From the IMG/VR virus record IMGVR_UViG_3300009678_000059, positions 10,165 through 74,164 of that record: 64,000 nucleotides of DNA; one strand, written 5' to 3'. Of the stretch, positions 36,729 through 47,272 are shown piece by piece. The position numbers and the translations under genes were made by a program. Under the pieces are notes generated by a model. It saw nothing but the letters and a program-made list of their open reading frames with translations. It had not been told where the DNA came from and did not search any database. Every line of letters starts with the position of its first letter. Position 1 is the stretch's first letter. This DNA comes from a virus (taxonomy: Duplodnaviria; Caudoviricetes).

Positions 36729-39700
36729 ATGCCGGATCCTATTAAAAATTTAAATCTCGATTTAAGCGGGTACAAAGAAGAAAGCAATCCTCCAAAGGGG
36801 TTGAACTTGGATTTAAGCGGATATGAAGACGCTCAAAAAAAAAAATCAGATTCTACTGTAAGTCAACCAAAATCGGCTTCGGTAACAGAGAGTGGTTCGT
36901 CGGTTACATCAGGCGTAAATCCGTTTAAATCTGCAGAGATTCCGGGGCAGTTACCTACTGCTCCGACAAACATAGCCGCAAAACCTGCGGCTAAACCTGT
37001 TTCTGCGAAGAAGGAAAAAGAGAAAGCTAAACCCAAGGCAGAGGAAGACGATTACAGCTTTTTGGATTATGCAGCTGACAATTTAGGTGCTGGTGTGGAT
37101 TACGCAGCCAAGTCGATAGCTGAACTTCCTGAAATGGCGTATGACATGATTAGGTCTGATAAATTTATGGATTCACTGGATAAGTTAACTCCTGTGGTTC
37201 CTGCCGGGACTATTGCCAGAAAAACACTTGAATTTTTAGATCCTACAAAAGACAAGAAGGCCACCGCTGAGGATATTAAGCAGTATTACGGGATCAGGAA
37301 CATACCCGCGGAACACCTGAAAGAAAGGATAAGTGGCTTAAATAAAAACATAGAAGAGCAGAATAAAAAATACGGCGGAGACGCACTTTCGGCAATACAA
37401 AACGATAGATATGTTGATGCGGCAAAAATGATTGCAGGAACCACGATACAGTCGCTTCCTATTATGGCAGCAGCTATTATATCTGGTGGTTCGACTGCTG
37501 GAAACACGGCAATAGGACTATCTACGGCTTCTCAGAAATACGCTCAGTTAAAAGACGAACACCCCGAACTAAGTACCGATAAAAAACTAGCAAATGCAGG
37601 AACTACAGGCTTGCTTGAAGCGACCATAGGAACCCTTGTTGAAGGTGTTTCCGGGCAGGCTATTAGAAATATAATATCTAATAAAGGAGCTCAGGAAGGT
37701 GCTCGAATAGTAGCTAACGGTTTCAGGTCAATGTTTGCTAAGGCTGTGGAGAAAAATCCATTACTGGGAGCTCTTGGTGAGGTTATAGAGGAATCTACGG
37801 TTGAGTTTGGAGAGCAGCTTAACGACATGAATTCTGGCATCAGAAAGGAATTAGATTTTCATAGTATTGCCAATGCGGGATTGAGCGCCGTTGGGATGGG
37901 AACTGTTACAACCGTACCTGTTTATGCTGCAAAAAAATACTCCACACACAAGGATTATAAGGAGATGAAAGATGTGAACAAACAGATATTCAAACTTACA
38001 AACGAGCTTAACAATCCTGAGATTTCAGAAACCACCAAAACTGAGATAAACAAGAATATTGATAATCTTGTAAAACACAATCAGGCGCTTGTTCAGAAAA
38101 GCACTGAGAATATCGAGGCGCTGCATCCGGATGTTAAGGAGAAGTTGATTGAGTCGATTGGGACCCTTGAAACACTTAAGGAAAAAGCTCAGGCTATTAA
38201 GGATGACAACAGTTCGCCGGAAACAAAGAAGATGCTGCTTGCTAATTTGAAACAGGAGGCAAAACAGGCTAATGTTATTAAAGATAAAATCCTGAAAGGT
38301 GAGGCTACGGTTGTTGATACGCTTCCTGAGAATATGCAGGAGGAACTGAAAAGGAAGGCTAAAAGCGAAATCATGTCAAGTCTTGACCCTGAAGTTAAGG
38401 ACAAGGAGCTAAATGAGGCTACCACTGAAGACAAGGTGCTTGCTAAGGCAAATGAGATTTACGAAAAAGGAAGGCCGAGTAAAGCTCAGTCCGCAGAATC
38501 CAGTTCTCAGTCTGCAGAAACAACATTGCCGGAAACTACGGAAGCCGCACTACCTTCGGCTCCTGAGAACACAGCTTCGGAAACACCTACTGCAATACCG
38601 GCAACTAATGCAGAAATTGCACAAGTTGCTCCACAATCACAACCACAAACCATAACAAATGAAGCAACATCGTCAAATAATCCTCCTGTTGATGGAGACC
38701 TTGGAATTAGACCTGAACAGCTGGGAGAGAATAGAGCGGCCCTCGAAGAAGTTATTGACGAGAAAAGTACACAACCCTCCATTGAGCTTGGAAAACCTGA
38801 AGAAAGTTCTGAAATAAAAGCAGAAATCGAGCATAACGGCACTGTTTTTACAAAGACAATTGACGGGAATTGGGTAAATACTAAGACTCAAAACCAAATC
38901 AAAGGTATTTCTGACAAAGGAAAGGCGCTTATTAAAAGTCTTGACGAAAAATTGGGCGGCAACCTGAGCGATGTTGACCATGCCAAGAAGGAAATCGAAA
39001 GAGGTGTGCTGAACTGGAGCGGAGATGTCGGCTCTGAAAGAGTTGCATTAGGTATCACATGGGCTGATATTAGAAAAGGAGAAAAAGACATTAAGGCCGG
39101 AAAAACAACCACAGCTCCTGCCAAAAAACTTATAGAGGCGCTGAAGGAAGCAAAGGAAAGAGGCGGGTATCATTATGTTCAGGGAATGGGCGGTGTACAG
39201 TCGAAACAATTCGTACCTTTAAGTGAAGTCCAGAGAGCTTCAAACGAAAACAGCTTGACTGACGAGGAAATCGCCATTATAAACAGCAATGAGGAAAGGC
39301 TTGCTAAGGAATTTGACGAATACTTTAACTCACTTGATGAAGAATCACAAAACGCAATACTAGACAACTATGAAAATACCGAAAACAAATCAGGAAAGAC
39401 TGGCTCAGATGCCAAAGTCGGAGAAGGCAAGGATGATGTATCAGATACAGAAACAGAGCCAAGAGGAAAGAACAAAGAAGAAAGAGTAGATTCTGGTGAG
39501 GACACTGATGTCCCTACCACGAAAGAACCTGTTAAGGAAGAAAAGTCCGAGACTAAGGAACAGGCAACTGAAACTACAGACAACAACTTCGAGAAGAAGA
39601 AAGGCAAGCGTTCTGTTTTAAAGAGAGCTTCCGAAGGAAATAGCACAACAGTTAAGCAGGCTATAAGTAAATATTCTCTTGATTATGAAGTAGAAAATCA

Positions 39701-42700
39701 GATTCAAGCAGAAAAAGACGCTAGAGCTTTTGTTGACGAAGTAGGGATGTATGCTGCATTAGACGCAGTAAGAACAAACAAAATAGTCGGCGGTACAAAA
39801 GCATTTGTTTATCAGGCTATTATAGACGACCTTAAAGCTAAAATTGAAAATGCCAAAGTGGACGAAAGAGAAGATTTCGAAGACTTGAATCGTGAGGTTT
39901 TAGGTGAAATACTTGTAGAAATGGCCAAAGAAGGAACTAATGCAGGTAGGTTTAATTCTGCATTAAACAAAATCTATATTGGTTCTGGAGGAATGTACAA
40001 CCTAAGCAAGAGAGTTGCCGACTACAAAGCTGCTAATAACGGGGTTATTTCTGACGAAGTTTTGAAGAAATTCACTGAGGCCGATGCTAAGATCAGGGAA
40101 CTTGAAGCGAAACTTGACGAGATGCAGAAGGAAAAGGTCAAGGCTGAGGAAGAACAGTCACTTAAAGACATCATTGAAGAAGTTGCAAGACAGAGTAAGG
40201 TTGGCAAAAATGCCCAGATAAAATCAACAGCCAAGGCTCAGGCATTTGCTGACAAGCTGAGAAGTTTTAAGACGACAAGTCTGGGCGGAGCTATGGCTGC
40301 TACTCCTGTGAGTTTGGCTTATGATGCCGCTATCGAGATTGCTGCAAGGACTATCGAAACTTCAGGAAAAATTCATGATGCTATTTTAGAAGGAATTGAA
40401 TACATACGTAACCAAAACATTAGTAAGCAGGAAAAGCAAGAAGCTATCGCTCAATTCTCCAATGCCTTCAGTCAGTCAGACGGAGAGCAGAAGCCTATCA
40501 CGATTGGAGATGACGGGAAACTGAAAATTCCGCACTCTATAATCAGAGGTCATGTTGAAAACGGTATTGACACTGTTGAGGATTTGGTTGAAGCTGTTCA
40601 GGCAGATGTGAACGAAATGTTCCCGGACGAGGATTTTACAGAAAGAGAAGTCCGTGACGCTATCACGAGATACGGAAAGACGATAAATCCCACTCAGGAC
40701 GAGATAGAGCTGGAAATAGGCAGGATGAACTCTCTTGGGAGGCTTATTTCCGGAATTGAAGATGCCGAAAGCGGACAAAGACCACTCAGGAGCGGACTAC
40801 AGAGGCGCGAAGCAACCAAGGAAGAAAGAAAAATGCAGCGTGAACTGAGAGAACTGTTGCGCGACCTGCCGATGAACGATGCCGAAACAGCTAAGACCTG
40901 GAAGACAGCGTTGGATTCCATCAAAACAAGGCTTGCAAACGAGATTGAACAGCTTGATGACCAAATAGCTGCCGGAGAAAAAAGGAAGGCTGAGAGAAAG
41001 ATTATAGAGCTTGACGATGAGGCAAAGGGCCTGAAGGAAATCCGCGACGCCAAGAGAAAAGAGCTTGATGAACTGGTAGGAAAACCTGAGCTTACGTATG
41101 AGGAAAAAGTAGCCAAGGCAATCAAGAACACCGAGGACGCCGTTGCTAAGTTGCAGGAGAAAATAGCTTCCGGTGATCTTGCTTACAAGACAAAGCCTAC
41201 ACCTGTGACTTCTGACAAACTTGAATCACTGAGAGCGCAGAAAAAAGCATTGGAAGCTCAGATTGACGAGATGCGTCAAGACAGTGGATTGGCTGAAATG
41301 AAAAGGCTGGAGACAGCAAAACAAGCCAGAAAGAATCGTATCAAGGAATTGAAGCGCAGGATACAGGAGAAGGATTTCTCAACCAGAAAACCAAAACCTT
41401 TGCCGGTTGATGCTGAAATCCTAGAAATAGAAAGACAGCTTTTGGAACAGAAGGCTATTTTTGACAAGGAAAAGTACAAGCAGGAACTTGACAATCAGCA
41501 CGTATTCAGGAAATGGTGGGGCAGAGTCGGGAACGTACTTGGACTGCCTCGATTATTCAAGGCCGGTGGGGAGTTTTCTGCTGTACTTATGCAGACAGGA
41601 TTTTTGACTACTGAGATGCTTGTTAGGAATCCAAAAGAAGTATTCAGGTCCATAGGCATGCTTGGAAAGGCTTTTTCGTCTAACACGACAGCTCAGAAGT
41701 ACGAGACCATAGTAAAAACTCACCCGCTGTATCCTTTGATGCAGAAGGCTAAACTTACACTTACCGGTACTGACCACAGGATTGATGCCACAGAGGAAGC
41801 GTTTCAGCTGGATTTAGTGAATGACACATGGAATGCAATTGGAGAAGGGCTTAATAAAGCCACAGGAGAGAGAGAAATACTTACGCCTTTAGGGAAATTA
41901 AAAACCATGATGGGTAAAGAAGTAACTGCCGAAGACAGGAAGATGGCTGGGGATCAGTTTAAGGATTCTAACCTTTGGAAAATGTTTGAAAGAGGAGCCG
42001 TGACTTATTCCAACCACATGAAAGTACTGAAGTTTGAGGAAGGGGTTAAGGAGCTTGAAAAGCAGGGCTATGACCCGATTAACCACTTCGAGCAGTATAA
42101 ACAGCTGGCTAAATACATAAACGTATTTTCCGGAAGGGCCAACCTTGGACGTGCCGAGATGGTGAGTAAGGATTTGGCAGTAGTGTTTTTCTCTGCAAGA
42201 ATGGCTGTATCTCAGTTTCAACAACTGAACCCGTTCTTTTACGGCGGATTAGCTGATTGGAGCAATGTGAAAGGCATAACTTCTCTGAATAAGGTTAAGT
42301 CTACGGTAGCTCAGCAAATGGCCGTAAAATCGTTTGTTACATCATTTGTGGCTATCACAGGTTTTGCCACGGCATTCATGGCGGCAGCAAATGCGGCCTC
42401 TGATGATGACGAGGAAAAATGGACCATTGAAACAGATCCAAGAAGCTCTGACTTCGGGAAACTGCGAAAAGGGAAATTCACATTTGATATGTGGCATGGG
42501 CTTGGAACCTGGGCTGTGTTTTTTGCAAGGACACTTTCTCAGCAGACCAAGAAAAGGGATTCCGGTGAAATATCTGACTTGGGAGTCGGAAGAACGGATG
42601 CCTATGGCGACCTTGGAGTTAAGTTTGTAGGGAATAAACTGGCCCCGACAGCAAGTTATTTATGGAAACTGATGCTGACTCATCCTGAAGTGGACCCGAA

Positions 42701-43004
42701 CACGGGAGAAGTTTATAGGGTTGACAAGTACGGAAATGTATTTGGTGAAGATGACACCATGGATTTACTAAAACCTATCTACTGGAATGCGATATACAAT
42801 ATAGCAAAAGAGGATCCTGACGCATGGCAGGTATTTCTTACATCTATAGGTTTGTTTGGAGCGAATACAGGCGTAGAACAGGAGAGGGTTAAATTCAAAG
42901 ACGTCACCAAAAAACATAAATCAGAACCTGCTTCCAGACAGGATTCGTCAAGGCAAATATCCGAAAGACAGGATGTGTCGAGACAGAGTTTTAAAAGGCA
43001 GTAA
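36729..43004 (+). CDS. large internal virion (ejection) protein, gp16-like / polyvalent
   Basis: 2091 aa; long coiled coils, low-complexity linkers, G/A-rich hydrophobic segments, C-terminal DPRSSDFGKLR motif. Confidence 0.75.
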   Translation: MPDPIKNLNLDLSGYKEESNPPKGLNLDLSGYEDAQKKKSDSTVSQPKSASVTESGSSVTSGVNPFKSAEIPGQLPTAPTNIAAKPAAKPVSAKKEKEKAKPKAEEDDYSFLDYAADNLGAGVDYAAKSIAELPEMAYDMIRSDKFMDSLDKLTPVVPAGTIARKTLEFLDPTKDKKATAEDIKQYYGIRNIPAEHLKERISGLNKNIEEQNKKYGGDALSAIQNDRYVDAAKMIAGTTIQSLPIMAAAIISGGSTAGNTAIGLSTASQKYAQLKDEHPELSTDKKLANAGTTGLLEATIGTLVEGVSGQAIRNIISNKGAQEGARIVANGFRSMFAKAVEKNPLLGALGEVIEESTVEFGEQLNDMNSGIRKELDFHSIANAGLSAVGMGTVTTVPVYAAKKYSTHKDYKEMKDVNKQIFKLTNELNNPEISETTKTEINKNIDNLVKHNQALVQKSTENIEALHPDVKEKLIESIGTLETLKEKAQAIKDDNSSPETKKMLLANLKQEAKQANVIKDKILKGEATVVDTLPENMQEELKRKAKSEIMSSLDPEVKDKELNEATTEDKVLAKANEIYEKGRPSKAQSAESSSQSAETTLPETTEAALPSAPENTASETPTAIPATNAEIAQVAPQSQPQTITNEATSSNNPPVDGDLGIRPEQLGENRAALEEVIDEKSTQPSIELGKPEESSEIKAEIEHNGTVFTKTIDGNWVNTKTQNQIKGISDKGKALIKSLDEKLGGNLSDVDHAKKEIERGVLNWSGDVGSERVALGITWADIRKGEKDIKAGKTTTAPAKKLIEALKEAKERGGYHYVQGMGGVQSKQFVPLSEVQRASNENSLTDEEIAIINSNEERLAKEFDEYFNSLDEESQNAILDNYENTENKSGKTGSDAKVGEGKDDVSDTETEPRGKNKEERVDSGEDTDVPTTKEPVKEEKSETKEQATETTDNNFEKKKGKRSVLKRASEGNSTTVKQAISKYSLDYEVENQIQAEKDARAFVDEVGMYAALDAVRTNKIVGGTKAFVYQAIIDDLKAKIENAKVDEREDFEDLNREVLGEILVEMAKEGTNAGRFNSALNKIYIGSGGMYNLSKRVADYKAANNGVISDEVLKKFTEADAKIRELEAKLDEMQKEKVKAEEEQSLKDIIEEVARQSKVGKNAQIKSTAKAQAFADKLRSFKTTSLGGAMAATPVSLAYDAAIEIAARTIETSGKIHDAILEGIEYIRNQNISKQEKQEAIAQFSNAFSQSDGEQKPITIGDDGKLKIPHSIIRGHVENGIDTVEDLVEAVQADVNEMFPDEDFTEREVRDAITRYGKTINPTQDEIELEIGRMNSLGRLISGIEDAESGQRPLRSGLQRREATKEERKMQRELRELLRDLPMNDAETAKTWKTALDSIKTRLANEIEQLDDQIAAGEKRKAERKIIELDDEAKGLKEIRDAKRKELDELVGKPELTYEEKVAKAIKNTEDAVAKLQEKIASGDLAYKTKPTPVTSDKLESLRAQKKALEAQIDEMRQDSGLAEMKRLETAKQARKNRIKELKRRIQEKDFSTRKPKPLPVDAEILEIERQLLEQKAIFDKEKYKQELDNQHVFRKWWGRVGNVLGLPRLFKAGGEFSAVLMQTGFLTTEMLVRNPKEVFRSIGMLGKAFSSNTTAQKYETIVKTHPLYPLMQKAKLTLTGTDHRIDATEEAFQLDLVNDTWNAIGEGLNKATGEREILTPLGKLKTMMGKEVTAEDRKMAGDQFKDSNLWKMFERGAVTYSNHMKVLKFEEGVKELEKQGYDPINHFEQYKQLAKYINVFSGRANLGRAEMVSKDLAVVFFSARMAVSQFQQLNPFFYGGLADWSNVKGITSLNKVKSTVAQQMAVKSFVTSFVAITGFATAFMAAANAASDDDEEKWTIETDPRSSDFGKLRKGKFTFDMWHGLGTWAVFFARTLSQQTKKRDSGEISDLGVGRTDAYGDLGVKFVGNKLAPTASYLWKLMLTHPEVDPNTGEVYRVDKYGNVFGEDDTMDLLKPIYWNAIYNIAKEDPDAWQVFLTSIGLFGANTGVEQERVKFKDVTKKHKSEPASRQDSSRQISERQDVSRQSFKRQ

Positions 43005-43009
43005 AAAGC

Positions 43010-43041
43010 AAAACCCGCATCGTAAATGGTGCGGGTTTTTT
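43010..43041. terminator. bidirectional terminator between the late and early arms
   Basis: AAAACCCGCATC-GTAAAT-GGTGCGGGTTTTTT. Confidence 0.88.
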
Positions 43042-43045
43042 GTTA

Positions 43046-43228
43046 TTATTCTTCAGGTTCTTCCGGAGGTATTATTCCGTAATAGAAAAAGTTGATGGTA
43101 TTAACTATCTCGGCAAGCCTTTCGGGATTATCTCCTGAGACATAGAGTTGGTTCTTTTCTTTTTCCAGGGCTGCTATGTCGTGGATTCTTTTGTGTGGGA
43201 GTTTTGCGGTTGAGAATTTTTTGGCCAT
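43046..43228 (-). CDS. hypothetical protein
   Basis: 60 aa, coupled to the upstream MTase (TAATG). Confidence 0.55.
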   Translation of the reverse strand: MAKKFSTAKLPHKRIHDIAALEKEKNQLYVSGDNPERLAEIVNTINFFYYGIIPPEEPEE

Positions 43229-43854
43229 TACTTGATAGTTGATTCAAGTATTTCGACACATAACTCATTCGGTATCTTGGACCTGTTGTAACTGTCTTTC
43301 TTGCCCTGAGTACCCGTCTTCGAGCCTCTTGGCGCAGGCTGATGGTGACAGTTCTTGTTTCCGTTGTGGCACATCGGTCGAGGAACCCATGTTTTTGAAT
43401 TGGTCCAAATATCCGTCGGTTTGGCCCTGTCGTCGCCGTAAGTGCAATACCAAACCGTATGACGTTTGAACTCCTGCATGAACGGCATTTTTCTGAGCAT
43501 GCCACGAGGGTTTTCTATGAAAAACACCATGTCCGGATTTATCACAAGCCAATACTTTATCATGCCTATCCAATGCTTGTTTACCCTGTCGCATTTGTGT
43601 GCGTATTCGCTTTTTGGCTCTATGCTGTTTGTCCTATGCTTGCTTACAGCAGCTATCGAATAAGTGGTGCAGTCAGGGCTTGACCAGATAACATCGGGAG
43701 TGAAAGGAACATGGTCTTTTGACAGTTCCTCAATGTCAATTGACAGATTTATTTTATCGTAAGGAGTCCAATCAACTGAAAAAACATCCATCCCTAATTT
43801 TTCGGCTGCATTGCCTACCGATCTTGATCCTGCGAAAAGTTCTAATACCTTCAT
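43228..43854 (-). CDS. DNA cytosine-C5 methyltransferase
   Basis: Motif I VLELFAGSRS, motif IV WSSPDCTTYS, motif VI FFIENP. Confidence 0.85.
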   Translation of the reverse strand: MKVLELFAGSRSVGNAAEKLGMDVFSVDWTPYDKINLSIDIEELSKDHVPFTPDVIWSSPDCTTYSIAAVSKHRTNSIEPKSEYAHKCDRVNKHWIGMIKYWLVINPDMVFFIENPRGMLRKMPFMQEFKRHTVWYCTYGDDRAKPTDIWTNSKTWVPRPMCHNGNKNCHHQPAPRGSKTGTQGKKDSYNRSKIPNELCVEILESTIK

Positions 43855-44451
43855 TTATTCTTTTTTACTGTTGATTCTTTTGGCGCTTCCGAGGATTGTT
43901 TTTTTGTTCTTTTTCCTGGCTCTGAACAATTCATTTGCTTCGGCGATTTCCCACATTTCAAGTTCAGCCATGTGACCGATCATCTCCTCATACGCCCCGC
44001 GGTTATCGTAAGTAAAATCCTCGTTGTTGGTGACGCATTGTTCAAACATAGGGCTGATGAACTTTATCTTCCCAGAGGTGTTCAGCATGGATTTTCGCAC
44101 TTCCTTGGTGGCAAGTGAAACTCCCGGAATCATATCACGGGCAACCTCTATTCTTTTGGCGCAAATATCAAGTGTAATGATAGTTGTTGTGGTTTCTATT
44201 GAAGACGCCGCAAGATATTCAAAGGCATTTGTCTCGAACATTTTCAGGGTTCCGAATGTACCTATCCTGTTCAGGTATTCTATGTTCTTGTCAAACGCCT
44301 TTTTGCCTTTTTCGGTGGCGAAACTTCCAAGCCAGAGCTTAGTTGTGAAGTAAGGAACTGTAGGTATTTCCACGTTCATGAATTTCCCTTCTTCGTTTGT
44401 GATAAGGTATATTTTTGTCTTCTTCTGTTGGTCTAGTTCTTTATCTGTCAT
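43855..44451 (-). CDS. hypothetical protein
   Basis: 198-aa ORF abutting both neighbours. Confidence 0.65.
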   Translation of the reverse strand: MTDKELDQQKKTKIYLITNEEGKFMNVEIPTVPYFTTKLWLGSFATEKGKKAFDKNIEYLNRIGTFGTLKMFETNAFEYLAASSIETTTTIITLDICAKRIEVARDMIPGVSLATKEVRKSMLNTSGKIKFISPMFEQCVTNNEDFTYDNRGAYEEMIGHMAELEMWEIAEANELFRARKKNKKTILGSAKRINSKKE

Positions 44452-44462
44452 GGTAATTTGGT

Positions 44463-44852
44463 TTATTTTAGTTTGTTTTTTACTTTTTCTTTATTTCTTT
44501 CGGTAATCTGAATGTCCCAGAATATTCTTTTCATTTCCAGTTCTTCGGCGTTTTCTTCCCGGTAGTTTCGGTAATATTCGGTGGCGCACTCCTTGCATGA
44601 CGAGTTTAGTTTTTGCTCGTATGTTATAGTAAAATCCAATACCGGCTTTACCTTTGAACAAACACTGCATGTTTTATGGAGCTTTGATTTCTCAATCAGC
44701 CTCATGTAATACATTATCACCTTGTAGGCATCGTTATACTGATTCTTAGGAAAAGTTATATTCTCATTCTTTAGCTGCATGTGCGTGTTATAGAATTCGA
44801 ATGTCTGAAGACTTTTCCTAAGTGTCAGGTCTTTTTTGTTGGATTTACTCAT
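44463..44852 (-). CDS. zinc-finger protein
   Basis: CSVC...CKEC. Confidence 0.6.
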   Translation of the reverse strand: MSKSNKKDLTLRKSLQTFEFYNTHMQLKNENITFPKNQYNDAYKVIMYYMRLIEKSKLHKTCSVCSKVKPVLDFTITYEQKLNSSCKECATEYYRNYREENAEELEMKRIFWDIQITERNKEKVKNKLK

Positions 44853-45245
44853 TTAAAAAATGGTTGAAAGTTCGACTTTTTCAAAACCATCTGGCTTTAT
44901 TAATTTGCCATCTTCTCTGAATAAGCAAACTCCATTAGGGCATTTTTTTGAATTGTTTTCGTGTATCAACTGAAACACTTCTTCAATTTTGTGCTGCATT
45001 CCGTGAGATAAAATTGTCCCGACTAAAATATAAAGCTGATCTCCCAAGGCATCTGCAACTTCAACAAGGTCGTTTTCCTCACAGGCGGTTAAATACTCCT
45101 CGTTTTCCTCCTTCATCAGATCGTATCTCAATTTGTATAAGTCAGGATTACTGACAAGTACAGGTTTGTGGTTCACTTCCTGGTTAGACATTCTCATGAA
45201 GTCCTCAACTTTTTTAATAATTTCTTTGAAAAATAATGTAGTCAT
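44853..45245 (-). CDS. MazG-like / phosphoribosyl-ATP pyrophosphohydrolase-like NTP pyrophosphatase
   Basis: LRYDLMKEENEEY...DLVEVADALGDQLY...VHENN.SK...REDGK..KP. Confidence 0.85.
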   Translation of the reverse strand: MTTLFFKEIIKKVEDFMRMSNQEVNHKPVLVSNPDLYKLRYDLMKEENEEYLTACEENDLVEVADALGDQLYILVGTILSHGMQHKIEEVFQLIHENNSKKCPNGVCLFREDGKLIKPDGFEKVELSTIF

Positions 45246-45246
45246 T

Positions 45247-45432
45247 TTAATTGTTTTTGATATTGTTATATGTTTCTATGCGTGACCAGCCGTGGTTAGC
45301 TCCAAGTGTATTGTACAGCTCTCTTGCTTGCTCTTTTGTCAGTTTTGATTTTATGATTTCGCCAGCTGTCCCGGACTTTGAGTCATATTCGAAAACCGCG
45401 TAATCTTTGAACATTGAATTTACTTTTGACAT
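45247..45432 (-). CDS. hypothetical protein
   Basis: 61 aa, coupled ORF. Confidence 0.55.
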   Translation of the reverse strand: MSKVNSMFKDYAVFEYDSKSGTAGEIIKSKLTKEQARELYNTLGANHGWSRIETYNNIKNN

Positions 45433-45926
45433 TATAAGTGTATTGTTACTGTTAATTCCAAATCGTCGATGTGGTCAACTTCAACGAATTCGTATGAGGT
45501 TTTTGGTATGATTCCCACGTTATCATCTGCCAAGACTCCAGACAACACCAGGCTGTCATTTCCTGTTTTTACCCAAATGTCGCTCAGGTTATTCAAATCC
45601 CAATTACACACATAATCCTTCTTTGCCGGCTTCCATGTTTTTACTCCGTTTCGTCTCTGTATGCTTCCGTGGTTGATTACCGTATGGAACCTGTACTCTA
45701 TATGTTTTACCTTTTCAAGTTTCAGGTTCAGGTATTCTTCCGGTATAGAGTCGCTGAAAAACTTATGGAGATTATTCACTACAATTGCCCTTGCGAATGT
45801 GTTAAGCGATCCGTTGTAGATTGACTGCCCGTTTATCTTAATATACTTGTTCGGGGCTTTTTTGTTGTCCGTTTTTGGTATATGTGTGATGAGGGGCATT
45901 GAGATTATGAGTGGATTTTTAGTCAT
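45432..45926 (-). CDS. RusA-like Holliday junction resolvase
   Basis: WDLNNL...K...DSL...GVLADDN pattern (D-x-D/N-N...K...D...DD). Confidence 0.6.
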   Translation of the reverse strand: MTKNPLIISMPLITHIPKTDNKKAPNKYIKINGQSIYNGSLNTFARAIVVNNLHKFFSDSIPEEYLNLKLEKVKHIEYRFHTVINHGSIQRRNGVKTWKPAKKDYVCNWDLNNLSDIWVKTGNDSLVLSGVLADDNVGIIPKTSYEFVEVDHIDDLELTVTIHL

Positions 45927-46522
45927 GCAGTTTCGGATAGGTTTAAATGGTTATTTATTCTTTTTACTAAATCTAAAAACTGATTATATGACAGGTTTCT
46001 TTTAGCTTTGTTACAGTCTTCACAACATGGTAAGCAGTTTTCAACTAAATAACCAATAGAGCTATCTATCCTGTCTATTCCATTGCTTAAAAAAGACGCA
46101 TCGTACTCTCTTTTTCTTTTCGCTCTATCTAACCTACATTTATTAGGTTCTTGACCGCAATAGTGGCAATCAGAAAAAATAAGCGATTTAAAAGTTTCTT
46201 TTGTTAGTGAGAAATCCCAATCCTTGCTTTTTGCTCTACTTTTATAATTAGAATATGTAATGCTTATTTGCGCATCAGACATACTTAATGAAGTATACTC
46301 TTTATTCTGAATATTAGAACATTTTCTACATGATTTACCAGATTTCCTTACATCCTTAAAATTTTCAATAGTACTCTCGTACTGGTTAGAGCAGTAATTA
46401 CATTTAATTTCGTATAAATGCCTGCCGTTATCTAGGTATTTTAAAAACTTAACTATTTCTTGGTTAAATTTCACTAACCCTATTCTTGAATTAATATCTA
46501 TTCTCTTTGGACTATTCCTCAT
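45923..46522 (-). CDS. HNH-like endonuclease downstream of thyX
   Basis: CNYC..CRKC; YKSRAKSK...F.LT.E.F..LI...CHYCG; NGIDRIDSSIGY...NC.PCC..CN.AK. Confidence 0.8.
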   Translation of the reverse strand: MRNSPKRIDINSRIGLVKFNQEIVKFLKYLDNGRHLYEIKCNYCSNQYESTIENFKDVRKSGKSCRKCSNIQNKEYTSLSMSDAQISITYSNYKSRAKSKDWDFSLTKETFKSLIFSDCHYCGQEPNKCRLDRAKRKREYDASFLSNGIDRIDSSIGYLVENCLPCCEDCNKAKRNLSYNQFLDLVKRINNHLNLSETA

Positions 46523-46585
46523 GTTCTTAAAATTTAGCGCAAGATAAGATATTAATTCAATTGAACAAGGCTTCTAAACTAACAT

Positions 46586-47272
46586 TTACATAAACATCCC
46601 GTTTCTCCAATCAATGTTGGAAAATACGTTTGGTAGCTCTTTCTCTAAAGCATCACCTACTAGATTAGCAAGTATCCTTATCTCTTTCTGGCTGTGAAAA
46701 TCTAATCGTACATTCAGGAAAGCTAACCAGCTTCTAAGTGTTCCATTAAAATTAAGTGTAGTGGTTGTGCATCCTGGTAAAAACATTCGCATGCATTCTT
46801 TTGCTATGCCTTTGTCAATTCCTTTTCTGTAGTAAGCCTCTATTGTCTCTAACAGTTCTTTTCCCTCAGACACAAATTCTGACCATTCTAAGGTGTCGGC
46901 ATCAAAGTCATTGTCCATGTAAAAGATAGTTCCGACAGCTTCTGTACTACTCTGCCTGTTCGTAGGATGCTCCAGTCTTAACTCAATGTTTTCAAATAAA
47001 ACACGATCTGAATACCTTTGAGAATGCTCCTGTGGGTTTATGCTTTTGTGCCGAATCCATTGCAATCCGATTGCCCTTGATGTCTCAACTTCAAAACCGA
47101 AGTTTATCATATCTAAAGGCGACCAATGATGCTCTTTCATCAGGTACTTTATAAGTTTGCCGTTGTCGTTCTTAATTACTCCGTGGCGAGCAATTGCGGA
47201 TACTATTTCCTCAGAAGTCATGCCTTTGTATTTACCGACTCCCTCTGTTCTTGTTACTTGTTGCAGGTTCAT
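46586..47272 (-). CDS. thyX: flavin-dependent thymidylate synthase
   Basis: HWSPLD, SRAIGLQWIRHKS, QEHSQRY (RH-x7-S motif), KE..R.FLP, G.LRSW..F...R....Q.EIR. Confidence 0.93.
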   Translation of the reverse strand: MNLQQVTRTEGVGKYKGMTSEEIVSAIARHGVIKNDNGKLIKYLMKEHHWSPLDMINFGFEVETSRAIGLQWIRHKSINPQEHSQRYSDRVLFENIELRLEHPTNRQSSTEAVGTIFYMDNDFDADTLEWSEFVSEGKELLETIEAYYRKGIDKGIAKECMRMFLPGCTTTTLNFNGTLRSWLAFLNVRLDFHSQKEIRILANLVGDALEKELPNVFSNIDWRNGMFM

